A DNA stretch of 64,000 bases. It comes from Callorhinchus milii. Taxonomy: Eukaryota. Every line of letters starts with the position of its first letter. The stretch's first letter is position 1. The stretch covers positions 29,390,001 through 29,454,000 of the forward strand of contig NW_024704742.1 of the NCBI RefSeq assembly GCF_018977255.1, given 5' to 3'. The translations under genes and the position numbers were made by a program. Positions 1 through 12,993 of this stretch are shown one piece after another. The notes under the pieces were generated by a model. That model saw only the letters and a list, made by a program, of their open reading frames with translations, ran no database searches and was not told the origin of the DNA.

Positions 1-1063
1 GATTTACTATAAATGTAGCAATGGTGTGTTTTGTAGGCGATCAAGGCAGCCAATTTGCACCAGTAACGCCCCACAAATGGCCATGAAGTAAATGACCACT
101 TTTATCTGGGGGAATGTTAGCCAAGCCATCGGGAAAAACTCTTTGGGAAAATATAACAAGGCTGAATTCACCCTATCAGTTTGTACTGTTCAAATATAGA
201 ATCAGGGGTACAAACACACAACTATGACCTTGACTGTAAATCCAGGATACTGTTTTGAATTTGGCTCGGTGCAGTCAGAAAAGAGTCGTTGAACAGTGAC
301 CTTAAAGAATAATTATTTCTGATCAACGGGAACAATTGCTGACTTTCTGATCACTGTGCAGCCAAACAGAGTTTGTCCAAATTGAAAAACTCAATCTTTA
401 GGCAAACGACCAGCCACAAGCGTTCCTGTCTCAACGGGCAACGTACTTTGATTTCAGCCAACGTGAAAATAATTGAACGCAGCTCAGATGTGTAAAAAAA
501 ATCCACAAGTTAATGAAATTCTATTTGTAACTAAGTAAAACATTTCCCTTATTCTAAAGGATGCGGTGTGTGCAGAAATTTAACCCCATCCTGACTTGTC
601 ATACTCAAGCACCAGGGCAGCCACATTCCAACTGTATGACATTAGAGATTCTTCCAGGGTTACTGCACCTGTACTTCCAGCCGTGTTGTGAATTACAGAA
701 AGGCCCACTTCATACCAGCAATTAATCATTACAAGTCTATGGCGTGGAAGACTAGAGGTCAATTCAACCGTTTTATCTGTATTTCACATTATGAAGGGGA
801 GGGGGAGGGGAGGGGAAGTGTCTCAGAATCCAAACCATAATTCAGCAGTTCTGGCTATGTGTTAGAGGAAACTGAAACTTCACACAGATTAGCAACAGTC
901 TCTTGGGTGGTACTTATTGAAAACTTTTTGGATATCTAGTGACACTACATTGCAGGGCTTTCCACAATTAAACCGGGATGTTACGTCCTCAAAAATGCCT
1001 ATAAGGTTGGTCAGACCAGATCTAACCCTTCTGAAATCGCCATGTATTAGATTATTTTCTTAC

Positions 1064-1235
1064 AGGCAATCTTCAATTTAATTACTAATGTGCGACTCCA
1101 TTTGTTTTTTTTTGTGAAGTAGGTTGAGTTTTCCGAAGTTGATGCTGAGGTTGGGTGAAGCTACCAAGATGGAGTAGAGTGAGAGGCCCTCTCCTGATTA
1201 TATTATCTGGAATACCTGGTAGTGACACCGGGTTC
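1064..1235 (-). other. putative 5' UTR exon of the same gene
   Basis: Strong acceptor acttttcatttcag| at 1235 and candidate donor CCT|gtaaga at 1064; contains only a short ORF MESHISN*. Confidence 0.35.
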
Positions 1236-1342
1236 CTGAAATGAAAAGTTGTTCAATTCACCAGAGACTGTGTTGCCTGGTGGTCGTTGTTGTTGTTGTT
1301 GTTGTTGTTGTTATAGAAATGTTGATGTTGTTATACAAAACA

Positions 1343-1653
1343 CGTCCTGTAGCTCAGTGATTAGAGCACTCGCCTCATAAGCGAGAGTCCTGGGTTCAAT
1401 TCCCAGCAGGGGGAAACCGTGGGCAAGTTTCCTTACTCCACACGCCTGATAATAATCCCTCAAGAAACAAAACAATAAACTGGTCACTTCAATCCATGAC
1501 TGCTTGTGGGACACTGCTGTGCGCAATTGGCTGCCACTTTTCACCCACAAATATACATTCAATTCACTTTACAATATATTCTGTGAAGCGCTTTGTGACA
1601 TCTAGAAGACACGAAAAGCGCTATATCAAATGCAAGGATTATTATTATTATTA
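1343..1653 (+). mobile_element. full-length tRNA-derived SINE
   Basis: Pol III A box (tagctcagtg) and B box (ggttcaattcc), central domain tgtgggacactgctgtgcgcaattggctgcc, tail ...aaatgcaagga(tta)n. Confidence 0.9.
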
Positions 1654-1865
1654 ATTGGAAAAATAAACCACTCAATGCACCCATCTGGAAATCCCAGAGA
1701 TACCGATTGTTGGAACAGAATGTGCACTCTCTCCCTGGATGGACGTGTCCTGCTTACCTAATTCAGGAAAGTATTAGCCACAGGGTTGGCAAGAGCCAAG
1801 GCTTAGAAACCCCAGAGTGTGAGTCGGGGTACTGCTGGAGGTTAACCAGCAGTATTCAGGGCAGA

Positions 1866-1897
<32 letters not shown>

Positions 1898-3024
1898 GAG
1901 CAAGAAATGGCCACTTAACTTTAAGGGAACGAGTTAGACCCCAACCAAACATGTCCCACCCATGTTTCCCTTCCCTCCTCCTTCTGCTGCTCTCAGTAAC
2001 CAGTGAAACAATATTCTGAACACCTTCAGGATTTGGAACTGAACTGGTAGCTTCTTAGTACAGACTCAAGTCCCAAGGATTCACTATGACAAGCACTGTT
2101 GGATGGCCACAGCATTTGGGCACTTCAATAAGATATATGTCATTGAAATATGGAAATTATGGAAATTAAGTGTACATGTATAACAGATGACAGTATTACT
2201 GAGTCCTTTATAATTTAATTGATATTTCGAGTCAGGGTGTGGGGGAAAGAGAAATCGCATTTGCCACCCTGGTACAGTATTTCCGAGTTCATGAAAACCT
2301 CAGGCACTAAATATTTCATAATAAAAACCTTTAGAAACTCTTGATCACATGGCAGTATCAAATCATTTTACGCCAAGTTGTTTTTGCTTTTTATGTCCAC
2401 CTTCCTTCTTCCCCGAGTGTCAAGACAAACACAGCAGCAAATATGCACACAGCACTGTTCCACAAGCAGCTGTGAAATGAATGACCAATTTATCTCGGGG
2501 ACTGTTGGCCAGGACACAGGGAGAACACCCCTCCCACCCTCACGCACAGACCCCCGCCTCCTCCCCACGCACACCTCCCCCCCACCCACACCTCCTACCC
2601 CCCCACCCACACATCCCACCTACACAGACACACACCCCACCCACACACTCTTTTCAAATACTGCCATGGGAACTTTAATGTTCACCTGAACAGACAAACA
2701 AGACCTTGGTTTAATGCCTCATCCATGACACCGCAGCACTGCCTGGGAAGCAATGGAATGTCAGCATAAACTATGAGCTCATGTCTTCACATAAGGCTTA
2801 AAAGACACACAACCTTCTGACTCAGAAGCAAAAGTGTCCTCCCAACATAAAAGGCACTAACATACCTGCAATTTATTGTTGTTACTGTCGCTAGCAACTG
2901 AGCCAAGCGAGTAAAATAACAAACAACAGCTATTAGGAAACACTGAAAGTGGTGGGGCTGGAATTGAAAAAAAAATCAAAAGGTGCACAACCTCTTCAGC
3001 CTCATAAACCGGAATGCAACTTTG

Positions 3025-3197
3025 GTAATTTGGTCACGCAATCCATGACTGTTTGTGGGACACTTCTGTGTGGAATTGGCTGCCGCGTTTCACCTACAAA
3101 ATATACAGTCAATTCACTTTACAGTGTATTCTGTGAAGCGCTTGAGACGTCTCGAAGGCGTGATAAGGCGCTATATCAAATGCAAGGATTATTATTA
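3025..3197 (+). mobile_element. 5'-truncated SINE (others at 7497-7590, 7722-7895, 24540-24720, 32595-32717, 47240-47430, 51627-51782, 52815-53010, 56650-56840)
   Basis: Central domain plus tail only. Confidence 0.85.
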
Positions 3198-4062
3198 CTA
3201 CATTCGGGGCAAATTTACATCGTCCAAATACAGCAGGATTTTTTTTTGAAAATTATATACTCATAGACGGGTAGCCTGTATGAAACTGGTGTACGTTTTT
3301 ACTGGCTGCTGTGTATTGAATGTTGGAACTACAATTTTTCTTCAATTTAACGATTCTCGGACCCCTTAGATTTAAAAGGTTCGCCGTGGACAAAAATCCT
3401 TGTGCTAAACAGCATCGCGGTACACCGAACTTCACCGACCTTTTCTGCTTATTAGTGTACAAGTAAATCCCTACAACCGATTGCTCAACACTGGTGCGGG
3501 AGGCAAGCTTTTCGGTTCTAAAAATACACTTTACGCCCAAAAAGCAACAAGCAACTCAGTGATAACTTCTAGTGAAGGTTCACACCATGCACGTGGTGAC
3601 AGAGAATCAGAGGAGGGGAGACTTTGCTGAATGCATATTTTTGTGCACAGTAGAAACTATCCAAGTGTCTCTCTTTTTTTGGAGAAGCAATGTGACAGCG
3701 ACCAGAGAAGGAGCGTCAGCAACCAATGAGAGTTGCAAAAGGTCTATATAAAAATATAATTTGTGCTGGGGGGGGGGGTGAGGGAAAGGATACTTTCTTT
3801 GCATTATTCAATTTAAATTACAATCTAGATGCGTTAGTCAGATTTTTAAATTGATTTTTTAAAAAAAAACATGTAGGGCAGAAGGTGGTGGTGGTGTGTG
3901 TGAGGGAGTGAGGGGGGGGGGGGGGGGGGTTGCCTCTCACAGGCTGGAGGGACAGACACAGACAGGATCCTCAATCTCCTTCCCTCTCTCTAGGCCTCAG
4001 TCACAACTCAGCCCCAGATACAGCTGCCCCCCCACCCCCCCCCCCCCCACACACACACACAC

Positions 4063-5390
4063 AGGCCAGGGCCGGCAGCCTGGCCTGGCCTGCACACAGC
4101 CCAGCACAGCACAACCCACCCCAGGCCAGCACAGGCCACCCCAGCACAGCCCACCCCAGGCCAGCACAGCCCAGGCCAGCACAGCCCAGGCCACCCCAGC
4201 ACAGCCCACCCCAGGCCAGCACAGCACAGGCCAGCACAGCCCAGGCCACCCCACCCCAGGCTACCCCAGGCCAGCACAGCCCAGGCCACCCCAGCACAGC
4301 CCACCCCAGGCCAGCACAGCCCAGGCCAGCACAGCCCAGGCCACCCCAGCACAGCCCACCCCAGGCCAGCACAGCACAGGCCAGCACAGCACAGACCACC
4401 CCACCCCAGGCTACCCCAGGCCAGTACAGCACAGGCCACCCCAGCCTACCCCAGGCCAGCACAGCCCACCCCAGCCCAGGCCAGCACAGCCCACCCCAGC
4501 CCAGGCCAGCACAGCCCACCCCAGGCTACCCCAGGCCAGCACAGCCCACCCCAGCCCAGGCCAGCACAGCCCAGGCCACCCCAGGCTACCCCAGGCCAGC
4601 ACAGCCCACCCCACCCCAGCACAGCACAGCCCAGGCCACCCCAGCCCAGGCCACCCCAGGCCAGCACAGCCCAGGCCAGCACAGCCCAGGCCAGCCCAGG
4701 CCAGCACAGCCCAGGCCAGCACAGCCCAGGCCACCCCAGGCCAGCACAGCCCAGGCCAGCACAGCCCAGGCCACCCCAGGCCAGCACAGCCCAGGCCAGC
4801 ACAGCCCACCCCACCCCAGCACAGCCCAGGCCACCCCAGCCCAGGCCACCCCAGCCCAGGCCACCCCAGGCCAGCACAGCCCAGGCCACCCCAGGCCAGG
4901 CCACCCCAGCCTACCCCAGGCCACCCCACCCCAGGCCAGCACAGGCCACCCCAGCCCAGGCCACCCCAGCACAGCCCACCCCAGGCCACCCCAGCCCAGG
5001 CCACCCCAGCCCAGGCCACCCCACCCCAGCACAGCACAGGCCACCCCAGCCTACCCCAGGCCACCCCACCCCAGGCCAGCACAGGCCACCCCAGCCCAGG
5101 CCACCCCAGCACAGCCCACCCAGGCCACCCCAGCCCAGGCCACCCCAGCCCAGGCCACCCCACCCCAGCACAGCACAGGCCACCCCAGCCTACCCCAGGC
5201 CACCCCACCCCAGCACAGCACAGGCCACCCCAGCCCAGGCCACCCCAGCACAGCCCACCCCAGGCCACCCCAGCCCAGGCCACCCCACCCCAGCCCAGGC
5301 CACCCCAGGCCAGCACAGCCCAGGCCACCCCACCCCAGCCCAGGCCACCCCAGGCCAGCACAGCCCAGGCCACCCCAGCACAGCACAGGG
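4063..5390. repeat. pentamer-unit minisatellite (CCAGG/CCAGC/ACAGC/CCACC/CTACC)
   Basis: About 1.3 kb of permuted 5-bp units; the source of the long low-complexity ORFs. Confidence 0.95.
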
Positions 5391-5590
5391 CCTCTCTGCA
5401 CACCACACGCTTGACAGTGACAGGGAGACTCCATTAAACACACACACACTCACACACTCACTCACTCACATATACACAGTCACTCACACACTCACTCACT
5501 CACACACGCGCTGCGAGAAACGGCCGCTTAACTTTCAAGGGAACAAGTTACACACCAACCAAACATGTCCCGTGTCTCCCCCCTCCGTAC

Positions 5591-5810
5591 CTTCCTCCTC
5601 CTCCTCCTCAGTCTCGGAGTTTCAGCATTGCAGCTTTAGCACAGACACAGACACACACACAGAGGGGGGGCGGGGGGTGTTGTTGTTGTTGTTGTGGTCC
5701 TCTCTCTCCCCCCCCCCCGGGGTCTCCAGGGCTGGTGCTGGTGCTGGTGGTGGAGGTTGTTGTTGTGAGAGGGACACACACACACACACACACACACGGG
5801 GAGAGCAGAG
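5591..5810 (-). other. putative non-coding first exon of the next minus-strand gene (ELF2 by synteny only)
   Basis: Donor GAGGAAG|gtacgg at 5591 and a local CpG cluster at 5505-5720. ELF2 follows MGARP on the same strand in mammals, but no ELF2 coding sequence is visible. The 5' boundary is approximate. Confidence 0.4.
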
Positions 5811-5867
5811 CGTGTGTTACCCTCTCACTGTATCCCTCTCTGCAGCTCTCACACTGAACCCGACTGC

Positions 5868-7092
5868 TCCCTCCCTCCCTCTCACACTCACACACTCCCT
5901 CCCTCCCTCTCACACACTCCCTCCCTCCCTCCCTCCCTCTCACACACTCACACCCTCCCTCCCACTCACACACTCCCTCCTTCCCACTCACACACTCCCT
6001 CCCTCCCTCTCACACTCATACACTCCCTCCCTCCCACTCACACACTCCCTCCTTCCCACTCACACACTCCCTCCCTCCCTCTCACACTCATACACTCCCT
6101 CCCTCCCACTCACACACTCCCTCCTTCCCACTCACACACTCCCTCCCTCCCTCTCACACTCACACACTCCCTCCCTCCCTCTCACACACTCACACACTCC
6201 CTCCCTCCCTCACACACTCACACCCTCCCTCTCACACTCACACACTCCCTCCCTCCCTCTCACACACTCCCTCCCTCCCTCTCACACACTCACACCCTCC
6301 CTCCCTCTCACACTCCCTCCCTCCCTCTCACACTCCCTCCCTCCCTCCCTCTCACACTCCCTCCCTCTCACCCACTCCCTCCCTCTCACCCACTCACACC
6401 CTCCCTCCCACTCACACCCTCCCTCCCTCTCACACCCTCTCACACACTCCCTCCCTCCCTCTCACACACTCCCTCCCTCCCTCCCTCTCACACACTCACA
6501 CCCTCCCTCCCTCTCACACTCCCTCCCTCCCTCTCACACACTCCCTCTATTCCTCCCCCTCTCCCTCTCACACACTCCCTCTATTCCTCCCCCTCTCCCT
6601 CCCTCCCACTCACACACACCCTCTCTCTCACACACTCCCTCTATTCCTCCCCCTCTCTCTCACACACTCCCTCTATCTCTCCTCCTCTCTCTCATACTCC
6701 CTCTATCTCTCCCCCTCTCTCTCACACTCCCTCTATCTCTCCCTCCCTCTCTCTCACACACTCCCTCTATTCCTCCCCCTCTCCCTCCCTCCCACTCACA
6801 CACTCCCTCTCTCCCCCTCTCTCTCACACACTCCCTCTATCTCTCCCCCTCTCTCTCACACTCCCTCTATCTCTCCCTCCCCCTCTCTCTCACACACTCC
6901 CTCTATCTCTCCCTCCCCCTCCCTCTCTCTCACACACTCCCTCTATCTCTCCCTCCCTCTCTCTCACACACTCCCTCCCTCCCTCTCTCTCACACACTCC
7001 CTCCCCCCCTCCCTCTCTCTCACACACACTCCCTCTCTCTCTCCCTCCCTCTCTCTCACACACTCCCTCTCTCCCTCCCTCCCTCCCTCCCC
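5868..7092. repeat. compound (CT)n/(CA)n/(CCCT)n low-complexity tract
   Basis: About 1.2 kb with essentially no G on the plus strand. Confidence 0.95.
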
Positions 7093-9750
7093 AGCACTTT
7101 CTCGCCCTCTCTGGTGCTTGCACACACGCTACAATCCAGGTCACCCCTCACTCATCCTCCCACCTTCTGTTTCCACCCCTCCTCCCTCCCTCTCTCTCTC
7201 TCCCTCCCTCTCCAAACACAACGTCAAAGCTTCAGCCAACACACAAAAAAAATAAGGAATTAAAAAAAATCCTTTCCCAGAAATTATTGCATCGCTTTTC
7301 CAGTCACAGAGAGAGAGAGAAGGGGGGAAATCAGCTGCTTTACATCACCACCAACCCTGTGAATTTCTGCTCAAGCTGCACCATCCATCCTCGCCTTTCC
7401 CCCACCCCCAAAACACGACTGAGTCATGCCAGCTATTTGCCACCAGTTGGTGTGGTTCTGCTGCAACAACAAAATGACCTCAACTTGCTTGAAAGGATAA
7501 TAATAATAATAATAATAATAATGATCCTTGCATTTGATAGAGCGCCGTATCGGGTCGTCCAGACGTCTCAAAGCGCTTCACAGAATAGATTTGCAAAGAG
7601 AATAGATTTGCAAAGGAATTGACCGCGTGTTATGCGGGCGAAAATAAAATAATAATGGAACAGTGAACTCAGGATGCAACGGAGGAATGCAACCTGATTT
7701 TGTTTTATTTGGGCTGAGAATAAATAATAATCCTTGCATTTGATCCAGTGCCTTATCGCGTCTTTGAGACGTCGCAATGCGCTTCACAGAATATACTGTA
7801 AAGTGAATTGACTGTATATTTTGTGGGCAAAATGAGCCAGCCGATTGCGCACAGCAGTGTCCCACAAACAGTCAGTGGATTGAAGTGACCCAATTGGGGG
7901 GGGGGGTGGGGTGGGATTGTGGCAGATGCCCATTTTTATTGATAGTGGCAAATGCCACAGAGAAGCCAGACGATTGCAGACATATTGCTTTGACCCCAAA
8001 ACACTGGAAAGAAATCAGATGTGAATGAAAAGGATCTTCCATGTTCTGTTCTGGAATATCCCTCTCTGCCTCCATATTCCACCAAAGACCCTTTCCCCAA
8101 TTCCAGACGCGGTTCCAGAGTCGACAGCTCTGCTTCCATATTCCTTTTTTAAAAAAAAAACATTCTTTTCATATGACCACATAAATTTTAAATTCCTAAA
8201 GCACCTTTCACATCGGCAAGGCGTCCCAAGGCATTTTATAGTACTGCACAGTACATTATTCCCCTCTCTAGCTCCCCCACTCCTTCTGCACCCAACCGTG
8301 GCTGTGAGCCAAAGGGGAAAATGGATTAAATGGGCAGTAAAAGAGTCTTGTGATAGCGAGGAATATCAACAAATGTCGCACTGTATACAAAGTACAGTTC
8401 TTATAACGTAATCTAGTGAGTCACCTTGGCTCAGTTTGGCACCATGCTTGCCACTGGTTCAATTCCCCCCTAAACTTTGGGGTCAGAGTTGGCGGGTGGT
8501 GAAAGTCGGAGTGCTGACTGAATTGTTGGAGGCACTGTCCATCAGAAGAGATATTTATCCTCCAGATTAATTGGTCATTCACTTTGTGGCTATTTATACC
8601 TTACTGTAAATAAATTAGCTGTCACATTTACCTACAAAAATAGTCACTATACATGACAGCAATTATTCACCCACAAATACAGTGTATCCACTTTACAATA
8701 TATCCAGTGAAGGTTGCAATTGGGTGCGGATCCCTGACTGCCCTATTAGGGACATTCTCCTGTAGTGAAAGGCGCTATAAAAATTTAATTTGTTGTTGTT
8801 AAGCGCTTTGCGTCGTCTCAACAATGCGATAACACACTATATCAAAGGCAAGGATTATTATTATTACTACTACAGTACCTGCAAATCACTTTAAGATGCT
8901 TATATTAAATGCAAGTATGATTAGAAAAAGAACAGTTCATTTAATTTAATGCTTGGTGGGGTTAATGTAAACCAGCTGATCTTTCCTACCTTTGATTCAG
9001 AAAACGTTGCAACAATTTCTGGGTAATTTAATGAAAGAAACTGCCTCGATGATGTAACAAAAAAAAGAACCTCCTGCGAACCCTTCTCTGTAATAAATTG
9101 TCCATGAAACTGCAGCTCAAACAGAGTCTTGTTTGTGTAATGCTGTTTCTGTGGTGAATCATCTTTTGACAGCAGGAAATCCCAACCACTTGCATCAGCT
9201 ATTGGTGCTTTTATCCTCTAAGTCATCTTCTATTGGACTGGAAAGGGTGATGTAACTCAAATTGGGAATGGTTGACTGTGTTGATAATCAACCAACCAGG
9301 CTAAATACACATGATCCCTTTTTTTCTTTAGATCAGTAATTTGCAAGTGAGGATCCAATGAGTAATGTTCATGTGACATTGCATCCTAATAATCCTTCAC
9401 AGGGGCTGTATTTTAGACTCAGTACAAATGATGTTTGTTGATACCATGCATATGCATGGATGCCATTTTCACAGTGTGTAGTTTATGTACATAACAGGTA
9501 GTAATAATAATAATTCTTGCATTTCATATAGCTTCTTATCATGTCGTAGAAACATCTACAAACACCTCACAGGATTTTTACTATGCAGCATAGTAAACAG
9601 GCAACTGTCCATGTAAGCCAAGTGCACAGATAAATACATAATCAGGGAAGACACCATCAGAGGAGAAACAGGTAAAAATAAGGTAGAAAACAAGAACTTA
9701 ACACAAACGTAATACATCATTTTGTTTGTAATGTTTTAAACAAAACCTAC

Positions 9751-12700
9751 CTAAAATAAAAGCAGCTACATAATTTGAAATCTGTCCAAGACCAACGAAA
9801 AAGAACAATGTGCAGAACATCTCCCAGCTCACAGAAAACACTTGAACAAGGCTGAAGATTGTCTGTAAAGCCATGGTGGCAAACAGAATAAACTTTCTCC
9901 CATACCTTAAAAGGAAAATAAGCAAATATTAAATAAAAGTACGTTTTATAGAAATGATATGTATTGGTTTTTTTTAATACTTTTTAAAACTGTTCAACGT
10001 GCTGAATTCACAAAAGAAGGTTCTTCTAGCATGTACCTTGTACAGTTCTTATGCAGCTACACACTATATAAATGCAAGTTGTTGCTGTTGTTATCTCATC
10101 CTGGTTCCTTTGAACATTTTAAACATATTAGGAATCTGTAGAACATGTTTGGGAAGATCTTTAGGAATTATAGAAGCTTCATTGACATTTCCTGCCATGA
10201 CAAGAGTGTTAGAAAGTTTGCTAGACTTTTATTAAAATAAATTCTACACTTCTTTTTAATACTTATTGCTTTTATTTTGAAGTTATGATGCCACTCTTTG
10301 TTCTCAAAATAATAATAATAATCCTTGCATTTGATATAATGCCTAATCATGTCGCTGAGAAGTCTCAAAGTGCTTCACAGAATATATTTCTACATGATAG
10401 GAAAATATATCTGCATTGAAATCTTCTAAATAATGATTTTATAATTTTGAATACATCTATCAAGTGTTTTCTTTGTAACAGGGAAATTTCCAAAGAAGGC
10501 CAATCATTTTAGCCACTCTGCCCATTCCAAAGTGCCTCCATCTTGCTTCCTCACTCATTATAAGGTCCAACTCAAAACACACCTCTTTGACAACACTTTC
10601 AGTAATCAAACTACACCTAACCATCATGCCAATCCTTTCTATGCTTCACAAGCTTCCTGTCCCCAAACAGGTTACAAGAGCCTCACCCCCACATACAAAT
10701 TCCTTCATGATCTACTTCTCTGATCTGCTCTTACACCATTGCTTTGCCACCCCACCTTCACTTAGCTAACACAAGCTGCTGTGTATCCACAACCCCTCTT
10801 ATAATAATAATAATAATCCTTGCATTTGATATAGCGCTTTTCACGTCTTCTCGACTACTCAAAGTGCTTCACAGAATACAACAACAACAACAATCCTTGC
10901 ATTTGATATAGCGCTTCTCACGTCGGGAGGACGTCCCAAAGCGCTTCACAGAACACACTGTAAAGTAAATTGACCGTATACTTGTGGGCGAAACGCGGCA
11001 GCCAATTGCACACAGCAGTGTCACACAAACAGTCGTGGATTGAAAATGACCAATTTATTATCGTTTTGTTTTGGAGGGATTATTAATAGGCATGTGTAAG
11101 GAAACTTGCCCAAGGTTTCGCCCTGCCTGGAATTGAACCCAGGTATCTCGCTTGCAAGGCGAGTGCTCTAACCACTGAGCTACAGGACTACAGGCTACAG
11201 GACTCTTGGTATGAATTAGTGGGGAAAGATCTCAGGGAGTGAGGTCTCGGGGGTCGAGACCGGAGGTAGATGATAGCGAGCCAGAGGGAAGGGGAGGGGA
11301 GATGTCTTTGGGTGCGAGGCCAGTCGGAATTGAGGCCAACATGTGTACAACCAGCCCACCATCACCAAATACAAAGATTATTATTATTGTTATTATTATT
11401 ATCAAGCAATCAAGTTCCTAAAGTCACTATACTGATAACCATGGACAAGAGAAACGCAAGCTTGGAAGTCACTTCACTGCAGTTATTTGTAAGCTTTACC
11501 TGTCAGAAAGATGTCCAGAGGCAAAGGAACCAGAAAACACGCCTACGAAAAACATTGATGTAGTGAATGGTCTTTTCCAGCTATCCTCACAGACGAGATC
11601 CCACTGCAAGGAAATAGAAACAATGTGTGAATAACACAGAAATGTTCTTTATCTTTTAATAGATGCCATTTCTATTGTTAAAATAAAATCTCATGGAAAT
11701 CTATATTTAAAACCTATTGCTTACAAAATAATAAAAGTACTTGCATTTGATACTGCGTCTATCATCTTGCGGTGTTGTCTCAAAGCGCTTCACAGAATAA
11801 ACTGTAAAGTGAATTAACTGTCTATTTTGTGGGCGAAATGCAATGCTCATGCACAAAAATGCACATGCTCACTTCAGGAAGAGTTCCAATTTAATAAGGA
11901 CTTTTTGGTACTCAGTGATAAACTTTATAAAATAAGGAAAAAACAATTAATGCAACGAATAATTAAAAAAAAGGTATTGTCATTGTTCCCAGGATTTTTG
12001 ATGCCGGCACATTTTTTGGTGCTGGCAGAAATATATTAATTACAGAGGAGTGTAATACAATTTAAATTGCAAATATGTCATGTGCATTTTCTTGTTGGAC
12101 TGAAAGGTGAAATTGCTAAAAATAAGAATGGGATAACACCTTCCAGTAAAGGGATAAGTGGCCTTTGGTTCAACCTACTACTTGTTCAGCTGTTTGCTTC
12201 CTTTTAGTTTCTGATACTGAGAAATGGTAAATTCTTCTTCTTGAAGAGTTACTAATTGGTTTATAACAAAGGAAGTAAAACTTCAAAGTGTATGAGTAAA
12301 CAATCATAATTGAATAAATCTTGTGAAACACTTTAAAACATCTCAGCAACATATTAAGCCACTGTATCAAATATAAGAATTATTATTCAAAAGTGTTATC
12401 TTGGCCAACTATTTTTCAGATTGATCGGTCATTCTATTTGGCCATTCCCAACTGTTTATGGGATGCTTTTGATTGACGTGTTTTCTTACAAAAACAGTGA
12501 CAGGTTTTTTTTCATTGCAAACTACAACAAAATCATCAATTCCTCACAAGTATATGCACGTTCAGCCAACCACACTCATCTCTTTTGGTGCACGTTTGCA
12601 TGTCAATAGTTGGTCTGCTATTCTTACCTGAGTGACAATAGTAGAGATGTACCTGTCAGTGCTGTACTCCCAGCCATCCACACAGGGCTCAGTCTCACGT

Positions 12701-12993
12701 GTTGTGGCATTTAAAGCATCTGTTGCAGGAGTTTTGTACCTTCTACATCGACTGTAGATCATCTCACCATCCACCTCCTCTATAGGCAGCAGTGAACTCA
12801 GATTAGCTTCTCCAGTGGTTCCGTTCAGAGAATCAGGCAGACGGCAGTGGTGCTGAGGGGTGTCTGCCAGAAACACCATGGACAGACCCACATAGCTATT
12901 AGGGATAACTGAAACACTCAACAAAAAGAACATAGTTCTCTAGAAGGCTCCCCAATCTCCCAAGAAAGCGATGGCTTCATCATAGTCTTGCAT
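9751..12993 (-). pseudogene. SLC22A4/SLC22A5 (OCTN)-like transporter pseudogene, exons 12993-12628, 11603-11500, 9905-9751
   Basis: MQDYDEAIAFLGDWGAF*RTMFFLLS...CVDGWEYS...STIVTQ | [12 protein letters not shown]...GHLSDR | [11 protein letters not shown]...[13 protein letters not shown]. Exons 2 and 3 are 104 and 155 bp, as in the family. TAG at 12942-12940 replaces the conserved Gln of FQR. Exon 4 onward was not found. Confidence 0.88.
10880..11206 (-). mobile_element. full-length tRNA-derived SINE, preceded by a second tail fragment at 10800-10878
   Basis: Same family in reverse orientation. Confidence 0.9.

Noticed and set aside
1..1060. ELF2 coding exon
   Set aside because: No ELF2-like translation found; the assignment rests on synteny only
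3055..3249. Recurring ORFs ending YIKCKDYYY or containing NIQSIHFTV
   Set aside because: Translations of the SINE tail, repeated across the window
4063..5390. CRISPR-like array
   Set aside because: No constant repeat with unique spacers, no cas genes, and the context is eukaryotic
3896..5465. Long Pro/Gln/Ala-rich and Trp/Gly-rich ORFs up to 513 aa
   Set aside because: Open in nearly all frames because the pentamer satellite lacks stop codons
5572..7622. 563-aa and 602-aa Ser/Leu/Pro/His ORFs
   Set aside because: Translation of the low-complexity CT/CA tract
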